Assembly: GCA_963699755.1 (NCBI GenBank)
Contig: CAVOVB010000007.1
Span: 32,001-96,000 of the forward strand
Reading direction: 5' to 3'
Source of the DNA: an uncultured delta proteobacterium
Lineage (GTDB): Bacteria; Myxococcota_A; Polyangia; Polyangiales; Houyiibacteriaceae
Length of the DNA stretch: 64,000 nucleotides
In this document: positions 18,473 to 28,996 of the stretch, in pieces
Position numbering within the stretch: position 1 is the stretch's first letter
How the letters are laid out: every line of letters starts with the position of its first letter
Made by a program: the position numbers and the translations under genes
The notes under the pieces: generated by a model
The model's input: the letters and a program-made list of their open reading frames with translations, nothing else
Told to the model about the DNA's origin: nothing
Databases searched by the model: none

Positions 18473-20260
18473 ATGAACGAGATCTCAGAAGTGCATTCGC
18501 TGGTGGGGTCACAGCCCTCCCTCGGCAGGGGCTTTCCCTTTTCGCGCGCTAGGCTGCGAACGGCCGTGGTCGCGATATTCGCAGTCTCTGCGTCATTCGT
18601 GCTCGGCTGTAGCGACGCCGGCAGCGACGAAACTCCGCCCGAGGACAGGCCACCCCTGGTCATCCGAGACATCGAAGCCATTCGAGACCAGGTGATCGTG
18701 GAGGACGATGTCGGCGTGGTTGTTCGAGACGGGACGCGCCTTTCAGCCAAGGTCTTCCGCCCGGCAAGCGAGGGCACCTTCCCGGTCATCATGATGCTGA
18801 CCGCCTACGGGAAGGACAGGGGGCCCGACGAATATCCTGCGGCGATTGAGCACGCGGAGCTGCCAGGCTTCGAGTTCGGCACCATCGAGGTGAGCGAGTG
18901 GACGTCATGGGAGGCGCCCGACCCGGCCACCTGGGTGCCGCTCGGCTACGCGGTGGTCTACTTGGACGTGCGCGGGTACCTCGCCTCCGAGGGCGAGGCG
19001 AGCGTGCTCAGCCCGGAGGATGGCGAGGACTTCTACGACGCCATCGAGTGGGCCGGGGCGCAGGAGTGGAGCAACGGCAACGTAGGTCTCCTGGGCGTGT
19101 CGTACCTCGCGATCTCGCAGTGGGTCGCGGCGACGGCCAACCCGCCCAGCTTGAAAGCGATCGCGCCCTGGGAGGGTCAGACGGACGCCGTGCGGGAGGT
19201 GCTCTATCACGGAGGTGTCCCCGAGACCGCGTTCGTCGAGTTCTGGATCGATCGTGTGAACGGCCTAGCGAATACGCCCCCACTTCCGGCCGAGCTTCTT
19301 CTAATCCTCCATCCAGACATGCCAGCGCTTCTGCCGTTCCTACCGAGAGTCGGTATTGCGCTCGACCAGGTCACAGCCCCGGCGCTGATCTGCGCTTCCT
19401 GGTCGGACCACGGGCTGCACACACGAGGCTCGTTCGAGGCCTACAAGCAGATCCAGTCCGAGCAAAAGTGGATCTTCAACCACGGGCGAGCGAAGTGGCA
19501 TGTCTTCTATAGCGACGAGGCGATTGCGGCGCAAAAACAGTTCTTCGACCACTTCCTCAAGGGCGAGGACAACGGGATGGATGACGTGCGGTCCATCCGC
19601 CTCGAGGTGCGCGAGAGCCTCAACGAGTACCAGGTGCGGTATGAAGACGAGTGGCCGATTGCCCGCACGGAGTACCGCGAGCTGTATCTGGACAGCGCGT
19701 CCGGCGCGCTCGGCGAGGAGTTGCCTTCGGACACGGCCGTGGCGGACTACTCCCCGCTCTCCGACGCCGCGACGTTTACCCTCACCTTCGACGAGGACAC
19801 CGAGGTCACCGGAAACATGAAGCTAAAGCTATGGGTCTCCACGACCGAGGGGACCGACATGGACCTCTTCGTCGGCATCGAGAAGCTGAACGCGCAGGGG
19901 CAGGAGGTCTACTTCCACGCCAAGGCTGGCTACGCACGGGCTCCGGCGGCGCTCGGCTGGCTACGCGTGTCGGAGCGGGCGCTCGACCCGGACCGTTCGA
20001 CGCCGTGGCAGCCCTGGCTGTCCCATGACAACCCGCAGCCGCTCACCCCGAATGAGATCGTTCCGGTCGAGGTCGAGATTCTCCCGAGCAGCACGCTCTT
20101 CCGCGCAGGAGAGTCGCTGCGGGTCGTCGTTCAAGGTCAGGACCTCTTCGAGCATCCATCACTCGCCCACAACCACTCGGACGACGTCAACCGGGGCACC
20201 CATTCGATCTACACCGGCGCGCAGTACGACTCGCACTTGCTTGTGCCCGTCGTGCGCTGA
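18473..20260 (+). CDS. CocE/NonD family serine hydrolase, probable lipoprotein
   Basis: [31 protein letters not shown] nucleophile elbow, PepX-like C-terminal domain; LGC lipobox. Confidence 0.9.
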   Translation: MNEISEVHSLVGSQPSLGRGFPFSRARLRTAVVAIFAVSASFVLGCSDAGSDETPPEDRPPLVIRDIEAIRDQVIVEDDVGVVVRDGTRLSAKVFRPASEGTFPVIMMLTAYGKDRGPDEYPAAIEHAELPGFEFGTIEVSEWTSWEAPDPATWVPLGYAVVYLDVRGYLASEGEASVLSPEDGEDFYDAIEWAGAQEWSNGNVGLLGVSYLAISQWVAATANPPSLKAIAPWEGQTDAVREVLYHGGVPETAFVEFWIDRVNGLANTPPLPAELLLILHPDMPALLPFLPRVGIALDQVTAPALICASWSDHGLHTRGSFEAYKQIQSEQKWIFNHGRAKWHVFYSDEAIAAQKQFFDHFLKGEDNGMDDVRSIRLEVRESLNEYQVRYEDEWPIARTEYRELYLDSASGALGEELPSDTAVADYSPLSDAATFTLTFDEDTEVTGNMKLKLWVSTTEGTDMDLFVGIEKLNAQGQEVYFHAKAGYARAPAALGWLRVSERALDPDRSTPWQPWLSHDNPQPLTPNEIVPVEVEILPSSTLFRAGESLRVVVQGQDLFEHPSLAHNHSDDVNRGTHSIYTGAQYDSHLLVPVVR

Positions 20261-20282
20261 GGCGATGCGAACAAAGCACTCG

Positions 20283-20312
20283 GACCGCGTTTGTTTGCGG
20301 TTCTCATTAGCC
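20283..20312 (+). repeat. Degenerate box III-box I junction (copy G)
   Basis: GACCGCGTTTGTTTGCGGTTCTCATTAGCC vs copy E flank GACCGCGTTTGTTTTCCGGCCTCCTAGCC; also overlaps a possible terminator hairpin. Confidence 0.5.
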
Positions 20313-20575
20313 TGTTGGCGCACTGCTCAAACAGCCACCGGACAGGCTCTTGGCCCAGCCGCGCTCGAGCCTGCGAAATAGCGCTCGGAGCCACCGTCAC
20401 GTGACTCGAGCCGGGCAACGCCAGGTCGAGCTTGTTCACCACGTCCGTGATCGACCGGTCCTTGAACAGCGCCATACCGAGCACGAGCCACACCACTGGC
20501 TCCCCCGGTAGCCGTCTGCGCCTCAGCGTCGCAGCGCCTGTCGCATGGAGCGCCTCGTCAATCCACTCCCGCGGC
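20313..20575 (-). pseudogene. IS4 family transposase N-terminal fragment
   Basis: EWIDEAL.ATG.AT.RRRRLP...[22 protein letters not shown]...SAISQAR.RLG..P. Confidence 0.85.
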
Positions 20576-20680
20576 CTGAAGGATGGTCCATGCGTTCATT
20601 GCGCTTCAGGTCCCACAGATCGATCGACCGGACAAGGTTCGGCCTTCGTGAGCAGGGATGAATTGATTCTCTCGGCCGCT

Positions 20681-21550
20681 TCAGGAATCCGGCCTGGCCA
20701 CCGCGACAGCGCAAGGCGCAATTCGGGCGGTGTGTTCCGCCACGCTTCCCAGAAGCCAACGCCTCAGCTTCGAGCGCCCAGCGCTTCCGACGACGACGAG
20801 GTCATAGTCGACTTCATCTAGTTTCTCTGCGAGGCCGTGCTGAGGGGATGCTTGAACCGAGTGGAACGTAGCGTTCGCTACCTGTCCTTGAAAGGACTCA
20901 ATCAGCTTTCGGCCGCGCTTCTTCACGGAAGCGGCAACGGTGTCGATCACCAAGTCGGAGTACTCGTCTCCACGTGTGGCTTCGGGAACACGCCAAAAGT
21001 GAACGACGTCGAACTGTGCATCGGGCGCTGCCAGCACCACGGCCAGCTCCAGAGCTTTCTCGGCGGGCCCGGAGAAATCTGTCGGGATCAGAATGCGCTT
21101 GTACCCACTAGCAGGAGGAGGCTCGCCTCGCGCAACCATGATGTGCGTTTGCACGGTGCGCAGAACTTTCTGGGCGGTGCTGCCGAGCAAGGTCTGCTTG
21201 ATCCCGGTCAGTCCCGTACTGCCTACGATAACCAAGTCCGCGGGCCGCGCATCGATGATCAGTTCGAGTCCCTCCGCGGTGGATGGGGCATCGACGACCT
21301 CTTGGGCAATATCAACGTCCTCGCTTGCGTACGGCTCGATTGCCTGTGCCAATCGACCCTGGCCGTCGTCGTGCCAATGCTCTACTGCAGGCCGCGCCGA
21401 CTCTAGCCCCTCCTCATCCGCAGGGGTTTCCACGACGTGGATGATGCGAAGCTCAGCCCCGGTAGCACGCGCAATACGTATTCCGTGACGGAGTGCTGTG
21501 TCGGAGTGCGCGGAGAAATCCGTTGCAACGATGATGTGGTTCAACTGCAT
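20681..21550 (-). CDS. Tandem-domain universal stress protein
   Basis: Two USP domains: IIVATDFS...[15 protein letters not shown] and ILIPTDFS...DLVVVGS.G...LLGSVAE. Confidence 0.9.
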   Translation of the reverse strand: MQLNHIIVATDFSAHSDTALRHGIRIARATGAELRIIHVVETPADEEGLESARPAVEHWHDDGQGRLAQAIEPYASEDVDIAQEVVDAPSTAEGLELIIDARPADLVIVGSTGLTGIKQTLLGSTAQKVLRTVQTHIMVARGEPPPASGYKRILIPTDFSGPAEKALELAVVLAAPDAQFDVVHFWRVPEATRGDEYSDLVIDTVAASVKKRGRKLIESFQGQVANATFHSVQASPQHGLAEKLDEVDYDLVVVGSAGRSKLRRWLLGSVAEHTARIAPCAVAVARPDS

Positions 21551-21716
21551 GGGCTCAGATCTCCTTTTTGGGTTTCGGCGGGTTGCCTTCGAATCGAATG
21601 CTACCTCGACCATCCTGTGCTCAGGCGGGCCACGGCAACCGCTCCGATTGCCGAGTCGAGCAACAATACTACACGATGCGAGGTCGCGTTCATACGAGGG
21701 TGTTGCCAGGCAACCG

Positions 21717-24416
21717 TTAGGACAGCTTTCCGAACCAACCGCGCCGTTCGCACCACTTGGCCAGCTCCAAGACCGGCGAAATGGTCAGGGCTGCGCCGAT
21801 GACGATCAGCCAGTCGCTTTGCGAGAATGCGTAGGTGCCAAAGATCTCGTGCATCGGCGGAAAGAGCACGATGAAAAGCAACAGCCCCAGCTCCCAGAAG
21901 ATGGCGAGGTTCAGCCACTTGTTGGCAAGTGGCCGATGCAAGATAGACCGGCGGTCCGACCGGAAATTGTAGGCCTTGACGAACTGGATCAACACCAGTG
22001 ACACGAAGGTCATCGCCATGGCCTGAGCAACGCCACGACCCGACCGGAGGGCCCAAGTGAAGACGAAGAGATTCACGACTGTGGACCAAAGGCCTCCAAC
22101 GGTCATCAAGATCACGACGGGGCGGGTGAATACTCCGGTGCGACCGTCGCGCGGGGGCCGCTGCATCAGGTCGTCCTCGGGGGGATCGACCGCCAGTGCC
22201 AGTGCAGGCAAGCCATCGGACGCCAGGTTGACGTAGAGGATCTGCACGGCGGTCAAAGGCAGCGGCAAACCCGCGATCGCGGCGCCGGCCATGAGCCCGA
22301 TCTCACCGGCGTTCGAGGAGAGGAGGTACATCAGGAACTTCTTGATGTTCTCGAAGATCCCTCGCCCTTCTTCCACCGCCGCGACAATCGATGCGAAGTT
22401 ATCGTCGGTCAGCGTCATCGCGGCGGCTTCCTTGCTCACGTCGGTTCCGGTGATGCCCATGGCGATCCCGATGTCCGCCTTTTTGAGAGCCGGTGCGTCG
22501 TTCACGCCGTCGCCGGTCATTGCGGCGATATGACCGCGCCTTTGTAGGACGGTGACCACCCGAAGCTTGTGAGCCGGGGAGACGCGGGAATAGACTTCGA
22601 TGGTTTCGACGTCGCGCTCGAGCTCCTCGTCGCTCATGTTTTCGAGCTCCGCGCCAGTTACGGTGCGCCCCGCCTTGAGTAAACCGAGCTCACGAGCCAC
22701 GGCCTGAGCCGTGAGCGGATGGTCGCCCGTGATCATCACGACTCTGATTCCAGCTTGCTCGCATCTCTCGATGGCGGCTTTGGCTTCGGGACGCGGTGGG
22801 TCGATCATGCCCACCAGGCCGAGGAAGGTCATATCGCGCTCCGCGTCTTCGAGCTCGGCGTCTGCTTTGGTGGCCACGGCTAGGACGCGAAGAGCCTCCC
22901 GTGCCATCTGTCGGACCGTTTCCAAAATTACGCCTCGCTCCGCATCCCCCAGCGCCACCTCGCCTTGCTCGGTCCATTGCCGAGAGCACGAATCGAGGAT
23001 GGTCTCGGGCGCGCCCTTGGCGTATGCGACCTGACTCTTCTCCATGGAATGCAAGGTCGTCATCCGTTTGGTTTCAGAGGTGAATGGGATCTCGCCAATG
23101 CGGGGGAATCGGAGGTCGAGGTCGTCCTTTTGCAGTCCGGCTTTCGCAGCCGCCACGATCAAGGCGCCTTCGGTGGGGTCTCCCTTGATGTGCCAGCCGC
23201 CGTGCGCCTCGTCGCGGACGAGGTGTGCGTCGGAAACGAGCGCAGCCGCCCGTAGCAACTCCGTCTCCCGTGCAGAGGGCTCGACAGCCGAGCCGTCGAC
23301 TGAGAGCTCGCCCTCGGGCTCGTAGCCGCTACCGGAGATCGTGAGCATTCTTCCGGGGGTGTACAGCTTACGAGCGGTCATCTCGTCCCTGGTCAGTGTC
23401 CCAGTCTTGTCCGAGCAGATGACCGACGTGCTCCCCAAGGTTTCGACGGCGGGGAGGCGGCGCACCAGGGCGTTTCGCTTTGCCATACGCTGCACGCCGA
23501 TCGCCAAGGAAATGGTGACAACCGCCGGCAAGGCCTCCGGTACGACCGCAACTGCCAGCGCGATCCCGAAGATGAACATCTCCAGCAACGGTTGGCCACG
23601 GAGCACGCCCATGGCGACGATCGCGGCCACGACGACGAGGGCTGCTAGGGCCAGGACGCGACCGACCTTGTCCAGATTCTGCTGCAGAGGCGTCTGGCCG
23701 GATTCGACGGATTGCAACATCGTCGCAATCCGGCCGAACTGGGTATTCATGCCGGTTTCGACGACGAGGGCTCGGCCCCGGCCGTAGGTGGCGATCGTTC
23801 CAGCAAAAACCATGTTGCTGCGGTCGCCGAGGGCCAGGTCCTCGCCGTCGAGCGGCTCGGTGTTCTTCGCCACGGCCACGGATTCGCCCGTGAGCGCCGC
23901 TTCTTCCAGTTGCAGATTGACCGACTCGATCAGCCGCGCGTCGGCCGCTACCTTGTCGCCAGCGTGCAAGACAATGAGGTCGCCTGGCACGAGCTCGCGT
24001 GCCGGAATCCGAATCTCCTGACCGTCGCGGACCGCCGTCACGGTGGGCGCGGCCATTCTCCTCAGTGCCTCGATCGCGCGTTCCGCTCGGTACTCCTGTA
24101 CGAAGCCCAGCACCACGGCGAAGAGCACGATCACGGCGATGGCAATGGCCTCGACGCCGTGTCCGACGAAGGCGGAGATCGCGGTCGCGATCAGCAGGAT
24201 GATGATCAGGACATTTTTGAATTGTCCCAACAGAACGGCCCAAGGCGACACACGATCGACGGCCTCGAGCTCGTTCGGGCCATATCGAGCGAGTCGACGC
24301 TCAACTTCGATGGCGGCCAAGCCCTCAGGAGCGGAGTGAAGATGGGACATCACCGCATCGACAGGAAGGGTGTGCCATAGGGGCGAGACTTCGTCGGGTG
24401 ATGCGTTCATCTCCAT
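21717..24416 (-). CDS. P-type IIA cation (probably Ca2+) transporting ATPase
   Basis: LTGES, PEALP, CSDKTGTLT, KGAPE, MITGD, TGDGVNDAPALK. Confidence 0.95.
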   Translation of the reverse strand: MEMNASPDEVSPLWHTLPVDAVMSHLHSAPEGLAAIEVERRLARYGPNELEAVDRVSPWAVLLGQFKNVLIIILLIATAISAFVGHGVEAIAIAVIVLFAVVLGFVQEYRAERAIEALRRMAAPTVTAVRDGQEIRIPARELVPGDLIVLHAGDKVAADARLIESVNLQLEEAALTGESVAVAKNTEPLDGEDLALGDRSNMVFAGTIATYGRGRALVVETGMNTQFGRIATMLQSVESGQTPLQQNLDKVGRVLALAALVVVAAIVAMGVLRGQPLLEMFIFGIALAVAVVPEALPAVVTISLAIGVQRMAKRNALVRRLPAVETLGSTSVICSDKTGTLTRDEMTARKLYTPGRMLTISGSGYEPEGELSVDGSAVEPSARETELLRAAALVSDAHLVRDEAHGGWHIKGDPTEGALIVAAAKAGLQKDDLDLRFPRIGEIPFTSETKRMTTLHSMEKSQVAYAKGAPETILDSCSRQWTEQGEVALGDAERGVILETVRQMAREALRVLAVATKADAELEDAERDMTFLGLVGMIDPPRPEAKAAIERCEQAGIRVVMITGDHPLTAQAVARELGLLKAGRTVTGAELENMSDEELERDVETIEVYSRVSPAHKLRVVTVLQRRGHIAAMTGDGVNDAPALKKADIGIAMGITGTDVSKEAAAMTLTDDNFASIVAAVEEGRGIFENIKKFLMYLLSSNAGEIGLMAGAAIAGLPLPLTAVQILYVNLASDGLPALALAVDPPEDDLMQRPPRDGRTGVFTRPVVILMTVGGLWSTVVNLFVFTWALRSGRGVAQAMAMTFVSLVLIQFVKAYNFRSDRRSILHRPLANKWLNLAIFWELGLLLFIVLFPPMHEIFGTYAFSQSDWLIVIGAALTISPVLELAKWCERRGWFGKLS

Positions 24417-24621
24417 GTTCGATTCCGGCCCAACTGAGCTCTAGACGTATTCCGTTGAGACCTGTGGCTTCAACGGACAAGATGCCCGAGGAGACTGCTA
24501 ATCGTACGGAGTGCCGTGCGCAAGTGCCTCGAGGCCGATGGCCGCAGGCATCGCGATCGGTAGCCTCGCCCCTGCTAGGTTGGGCCGTGCAGTGCCAGGC
24601 GGGCACCGAAGAGGCCATCTC

Positions 24622-25223
24622 ATGAACGACAAGATCTTTCACAGCTCGCTCACCCGGACTACTGATTTCGAACGTGCTGGCTTCGACCGGCGACCATTGC
24701 CACGGGAGCAGTGGGAGGCGGGAGACTACGTCGTTGCCACCGCCACGATTCGGCGGGGCGGTCTCTCGGGTGTTGAGCTGACGACTGGTCGAATGGTCGA
24801 GGCCGTCAATCGCGACATGGTGCTAGGCGCGCTCGGAGTACGTCTCGCCACACTCGAGGCCGTCGGCTCCTGGGAGGCCATGAGCGCCGATGGGCGTATG
24901 CATCTCCTCAGTGGGGGGCCTCCTCGGCCGACTCACCTCCGTGTCCCGCATGCTCGCATCGCCGATGCGGATCGACTACGCCCGCCATGCAATGCGCAAT
25001 GGCACGAAAGTCCGGATGCAGGATTTTGCGCGAGCTCCGACAAAGGCACAACACTATGGAGCTCCGACAATCGTCATCGTTGGGACGTCCATGTCCGCGG
25101 GCAGACGACCTCTGCAAAAGTCATCGTTCGACAACTCAAACGTGCGGGCCATCGCGTCGTGGGCACGAAACTGAGCGGCGCAGGCCGCTTGAGGGACATC
25201 CTCGCAATGAAAGACGCGGGAGC
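24622..25223 (+). pseudogene. DUF1611-like P-loop protein, frameshifted and cut at box I
   Basis: Reassembled frames give ...GTSMSAG(K)TT...KLSGAGRLRDILAMKDAGA, stopping at GCTCTCTTAG. Confidence 0.65.
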
Positions 25224-25252
25224 TCTCTTAGCCCATCGAGCTCAAGCTGAGC
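25222..25252 (+). repeat. Tripartite element copy D (box I plus linker only)
   Basis: GCTCTCTTAGCCCATCG AGCTCAAGCTGAGC; no core follows. Confidence 0.75.
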
Positions 25253-25589
25253 AATGCGATCATCACCGGCCAAAGCCCGGCCATCAGGGCCGCGGCACCA
25301 ATCAAGGTGTAGCTCCTGGTCTTGCGGGGTTAAGTCATCGATGTGTGGTTCGCACGCAGCCTCGGGAGAGTTCAAGCGTACCCGAAAGACGCAAGTGCTG
25401 CCGGGGAAGCAGAGCGAAGGGGGCGGGCGGGCGGGCGGTGCAACCAAGACCTGCAAAGGCCCGGTCCAAAGACCGCGCATTTCGAGCCGTCGGCAACGCA
25501 CGTAAGGATCCGAGCTCTGTCCGCTTGGTCGCCTTCGCGATCATCGCGACGGACGAAGTCTTGAGGAACGACTGGGGCATCATGCAGTG

Positions 25590-25760
25590 CTGGGCGGAAC
25601 CAATTTACGGGCAAGGCTCGAGCCGCGAGCAGGTCGCCCTCACACCGCGGTTCCTCGGCCTCTCGGTCGTCATCATGAACAGCCTCGCTCCCATCCACTG
25701 GCAGAACCTCGTCAACTTCGGCGTGGTGCCGCTCGACTTCATCGACGACGCGGAGCTGAC
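25590..25760 (+). pseudogene. Aconitase swivel-domain fragment
   Basis: YGQGSSREQVALTPRFLG...IHWQNLVNFGVVPLDF. Confidence 0.75.
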
Positions 25761-26015
25761 GGAAAGCCCCTCCGCCTCCAACACAGGCTGTCTCGCCGCC
25801 AGCGCGAAGCATGCTCGAGGGCGGGCTCATCCCTTGGCTTCGCGCGCGCCTTCGAGACCAAGCTTGGAGTCCCTTGCTTCCGCTTTCGGCCCTAAACCGA
25901 CACGATGCTCGTTAGGGCAGGAACGCCACGGGGCGCTGCTGAAAACCGGTTGCAGTGGCCGAGCTCTTGCGGGATCATGAGAGCCTAATACGGGCCGTTC
26001 GTCAGGAGGTTTGCC

Positions 26016-27293
26016 ATGATGCCACGCGTATCGGGTGTGCTCTTAGTTGCGGCTACGGTCGCATTCGTTTCGGGGTTGGTCCTGGCGCAGGCGGCGCCCA
26101 AGCAGGTCGTCAAGCCGCCGATCGCCAAAGCCTGGATCGACGTCGCAACCTTCTCCGGTATGGGGATGGGTGGCGCGGACATGATGAACCAGACGCTTGG
26201 CGCTGCCATGGGTGGTGGGCGAGGTGGCAAGGCCGAGTTCGGCTACACCGAACATGGGCCAGGTGGTCGGTGGATGGACGTGACCCTCTACACCAGCGGC
26301 AACGCCAAACTGACCGAGGCCTTGCAGAAGGTGCCGGCGGCCACCGGTCTCGCGCCGACGCTCAAGCTCCAGACGCCGGAGAAACCCAAACCCGCCCCGA
26401 AGTCCGATGACGAGCCTGCGGAATGGGACTACCAGAAGCCCAAGGGCAAGCTCGTGATGTACTGGGGCTGCTCCAAAACCGTCAGGCCCGGCCAACCCAA
26501 GGTCGTGGACCTCGGCACCGCCACAGTCCGCGACATGGCGAAGTTCTTCGAGTCGCGTCGGGCCACCCAGCGTGGTGCGCATGCAGCCGCGGGCCGGCCG
26601 ATTTGGCCGAGCCGCCAAGACAAGCGCGCGCTCGGGGAACGTGCGTCGATCGCTGGCGAGCACGCGTTCGTTGCCGCGGGCGTTCCCGAGAGCCTCAAGT
26701 TCACGATCCCTGCTGCGCAAGACATCATGGCGCCCATGGAGGTTCAGCAGAGCGACGCCGGCAGCGCGCTTGCGTTTGAGTGGCAGGCAGTGCCTCATAC
26801 GCGTGCATACTTCCTCGGAACCATGGGCCCGTTGCCCGGCGGCAAGGAGGGGATGGTGATCTGGACCTCGAGTGAGCTCCCCGAGAGCGGGTTTGGGTTG
26901 TTCGACTACCAGACCAACGTCGCGGTGGACACCTGGCTCAAGGACAAGGTGCTGCTGCCACCATCGACGACCCGGTGCGCGGTGCCGAAGGAGGCCGCCG
27001 GCGAGGGCAGCATGTTGCGCGCGATCGCCTATGGCACGGAGCTCGATCTGGCGTACCCGCCCCGGCCGAAGGACCCGAAGATCGCTTGGGAGCCCGAATG
27101 GAGAGTGCAGATCCGGGTGAAGTCGATGAGTACGAGCATCGTAGGCATGGAGGGAATGGGCAACATGCCGTCAATAGACGAAGAGCTGCCGGACACAGAG
27201 GATACAGGGGCCCCACCGCCCGAGTCCGAGCCCGGAAAGAACAAACGAAAGAGATTCAATCCCTTCGATGCGGCGAAGCAGAGCCGGCCCTGA
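26016..27293 (+). CDS. Secreted hypothetical protein
   Basis: Signal peptide (VLAQA), AGGAGG RBS, strong GC3 bias, YWGC motif. Confidence 0.8.
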   Translation: MMPRVSGVLLVAATVAFVSGLVLAQAAPKQVVKPPIAKAWIDVATFSGMGMGGADMMNQTLGAAMGGGRGGKAEFGYTEHGPGGRWMDVTLYTSGNAKLTEALQKVPAATGLAPTLKLQTPEKPKPAPKSDDEPAEWDYQKPKGKLVMYWGCSKTVRPGQPKVVDLGTATVRDMAKFFESRRATQRGAHAAAGRPIWPSRQDKRALGERASIAGEHAFVAAGVPESLKFTIPAAQDIMAPMEVQQSDAGSALAFEWQAVPHTRAYFLGTMGPLPGGKEGMVIWTSSELPESGFGLFDYQTNVAVDTWLKDKVLLPPSTTRCAVPKEAAGEGSMLRAIAYGTELDLAYPPRPKDPKIAWEPEWRVQIRVKSMSTSIVGMEGMGNMPSIDEELPDTEDTGAPPPESEPGKNKRKRFNPFDAAKQSRP

Positions 27294-27373
27294 GAACGGC
27301 ACCCCGCGGTCTGCGTCGACCCGGGGTCCATACCTATGCAAACCGGGCAGGAACGCCAGAGCGCCCTTGGTGT

Positions 27374-27432
27374 GGTCAACTGCGCAGAAGTAGACCTCAT
27401 GTCGACTTGCGGAGCACCCGAGACCGCCTTTG
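27374..27432 (+). repeat. Tripartite element copy C (core plus box III)
   Basis: GGTCA ACTGCGCAGAA GTAGACC TCATGTCGACT N17 CGCCTTTG. Confidence 0.8.
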
Positions 27433-27496
27433 TCTCCCGTATTCGCGGTCCGAATCGCGTGGTACGCCTTATCCGTCTACTTTCGATGTCCGGGAA

Positions 27497-27513
27497 GCTC
27501 TCTTAGCCCATCG
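27497..27513 (+). repeat. Tripartite element copy F (box I only)
   Basis: GCTCTCTTAGCCCATCG, identical to copies B and D over 17 bp. Confidence 0.8.
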
Positions 27514-28430
27514 CTGCTGCGACCACAGACATTTGCAAGACTCTGTTCGCAACAGCGGCACCGCTGTAATCAAGAGATCAAATCGCCCTCTGGCTGCCTC
27601 CGGAACCCGAGCTAGCTCGGACCACCCGAGTGTCCCAGACACGGAGCTATGCCGCAGCTCCTCCGAAGCCGTCGTAGCTACGACCATCGCATCCGAGAGA
27701 TTGTCTGCCAGACAGGGAACCCAGCGATCTTTCAGCACCTTCGCACCGAGCGGCAGACCGCCATCATTCGGCTTGTGGTAGTGCTCCTCAAGCTCTCGGG
27801 GTTTCGCGTCGATCAACAGCGCCTGCCTGACGGGACAGCCAAGGCCAGAGTCTGGGTGCGGTCGACCGCGGCCAAGCTCGTCCGGCAGCGTGGTTGGCGA
27901 CGACCGCGTCGCCGCGTGCACCCTGAAAAGCCAATGACCGGCATTCGCGTGACGCATCCGAACGAGTATTGGCATATCGACCTGACGGTGATCCGACTTG
28001 TCGATGACACGAAATGCTACCTGCATGTCGTCATCGACAAGTTCTCGCGCCGGATCTTGTCGTGGCGCCTTGTGAGACGGCTCGCGCCCACGACGAGATG
28101 CGAAATCCAAAAGCAGGCTGGGAAGCCTCTGCTCGAGAGCCTCACTCAGCCTGGGCAGCTAATCGATTTCTACGTCAAAGAGCGCAACACCCAAATGCCG
28201 CATCACGCCTTCGTCAGATAAACGCCGGACGAGGTGTACTTCGACCAAGCGAATCGAGTCCTGGACTGCCTCACGACGGCCTGGCGCCATGCTCGTCGGA
28301 CAAATGAAAGCAACCCGAGATCAGCCCTGTCGCATGTGCGGACCGCCTGCCGCTCACCAATCCGTGAGTGTTATCCACGCCGTCGCAAATGCGCCGCCGT
28401 GATTCCAGAATGCTCCCGAACGCAGCAGCA
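27513..28430 (+). mobile_element. Decayed IS with rve/DDE transposase remnant (about 27649-28300)
   Basis: PNEYWHIDLT...YLHVVIDKFSRRILSW...YN-like/PH; imperfect IRs GCTGCTGCG-N8-CATT at both ends. Confidence 0.55.
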
Positions 28431-28515
28431 ACATTCGCACGGGACGCAACCGCGTTCTCGCTCCACCCCTGTGATTTGATCGAGGTCGCGGTTCGGGTAT
28501 AGTCCCAACTCGCCG

Positions 28516-28941
28516 ATGTCCGACGCTTGCTTTTCAACCGCTCAATCACCCGTGATTCTGCGATTTTGCGCCCACCTGACCCTGGCGGCATTGTTGTTCG
28601 TAGGATCTCGGAGCGGCCATCTGATGCTCGTCGAGCATGGACGTTGCGCAGAGCATGGAGAGATCGTTCACGGCACCGAGGTTCATCACCTCGCGACCCC
28701 GAGGCCTTCGAGCGGTGCCCGCGCCGGAACGCTCGCGGACCGACGGCCGGCTGAAGCCGGTGAACACGAGCATTGCGCGCTCAACGCCAACCGGCGAGAA
28801 GCCAGTCTCGACATCGACCACGCCGGCGTTGCCGTCGGGTCTCTTCACGAAGAGCAAACGCTTGCGCCGGTGGTACGCGATCGTCCGCCGGGCATAGGCG
28901 CGCGCTTCCGGGTCGCCCCCAAGACCTCGCCCCCCGCCTGA
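28516..28941 (+). CDS. Small His/Cys-rich protein (DUF2946-like) upstream of a TonB-dependent receptor
   Basis: H..C.EHG..H, HEHC, C-terminal APKTSPP. Confidence 0.6.
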   Translation: MSDACFSTAQSPVILRFCAHLTLAALLFVGSRSGHLMLVEHGRCAEHGEIVHGTEVHHLATPRPSSGARAGTLADRRPAEAGEHEHCALNANRREASLDIDHAGVAVGSLHEEQTLAPVVRDRPPGIGARFRVAPKTSPPA

Positions 28942-28996
28942 GCCGCCGCTTTGGAGACGAGCTGGCCCTTCTTGGCGGGCCGCGCAGGCACGTCAC

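Noticed and set aside
25889..25918. Hairpin GCCCTAAAC...GTTAGGGC resembling integron attC ends
   Set aside because: About 30 bp, far shorter than attC; no L boxes, no second copy and no integron integrase
24511..25980. 489-aa ORF in the track
   Set aside because: Chance read-through joining DUF1611-like, non-coding and aconitase fragments
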